DNA of 64,000 nucleotides from an uncultured Acidimicrobiales bacterium (GTDB lineage Bacteria; Actinomycetota; Acidimicrobiia; Acidimicrobiales; RAAP-2): NCBI GenBank assembly GCA_963725395.1, contig CAVRYH010000013.1, positions 163,720 to 227,719 of the forward strand, read 5' to 3'. Shown piece by piece: positions 63,937 to 64,000 of this stretch (position 1 is its first letter; each line of letters starts with the position of its first letter). The notes under the pieces were generated by a model. It saw only the letters and a program-made list of their open reading frames with translations, ran no database searches and was not told where the DNA came from. The position numbers and the translations under genes were made by a program.

Positions 63937-64000
63937 CCATGAGATGGAGCGCCGGTCTGCGAGCCCGTGGCCCGGCGGGGAGATGGTGGGTGGCAGGAGC

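Noticed and set aside
63939-64000. Start of an ORF (MRWSAGLRARGPAGRW...) at the right edge
   Set aside because: Only about 20 codons are visible, too short to call as a feature. It is mentioned only as a lead in the DUF3494 finding.

Overview
High-GC (about 70% by eye) actinobacterial-type chromosomal segment. The gene content and the GYWLV..DGG(V/I)F.FGDA repeat protein recall Acidimicrobiia-like genomes, but this cannot be proven from the window. I can support about 52 protein-coding genes, 2 tRNAs (Lys-CTT, Ser-CGA), several tandem repeats and a few hairpin terminators. I saw no rRNA, CRISPR array, transposase or integrase. Most of the window is housekeeping or metabolic: metA-metY, an LLM monooxygenase, a crotonase, adk-ppk2, a ThDP enzyme with an FAD oxidase, mycothiol-type formaldehyde dehydrogenase with an MBL hydrolase, a PLP decarboxylase, a MarP-like protease, a GH15 enzyme and lysS. 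Many long track ORFs are antisense or off-frame shadows typical of high-GC DNA and were discarded. Several starts were trimmed using 4-nt GTGA/ATGA overlaps and RBS-like motifs.

Main leads, in order of interest:
1. 44.9-58.7 kb holds an exopolysaccharide locus. It combines a PelF-type (DUF3492+GT4) glycosyltransferase, a dedicated GlmS, two SDR epimerase/dehydratases, a sugar nucleotidyltransferase and a fungal Sph3-type (spherulin-4) hydrolase. A divergent 1485-aa secreted multidomain protein sits next to it. Three genes in this locus carry frame disruptions, one of them in a C8 homopolymer.
2. lysS is translationally coupled to a fusion of a metallophosphoesterase, a membrane domain and an MprF C-terminal (aminoacyl-PG synthase) domain, close to tRNA-Lys.
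3. A beta-class SPPY DNA methyltransferase with an extra C-terminal domain is followed by a 355-aa protein with a PD..SxK-like motif, a candidate R-M or defence pair.
4. A lower-GC patch next to tRNA-Lys carries a roughly 100-triplet collagen-like secreted protein coupled to a TPR lipoprotein. It also carries a pseudo-receiver REC-LuxR-PAS regulator and an H1-like Lys/Ala-rich protein.
5. A di-iron (2x DEARH) protein, an SCP2-like protein and a ferredoxin form a trio.

All family assignments come from motif recognition by eye and from memory. No database search was run.
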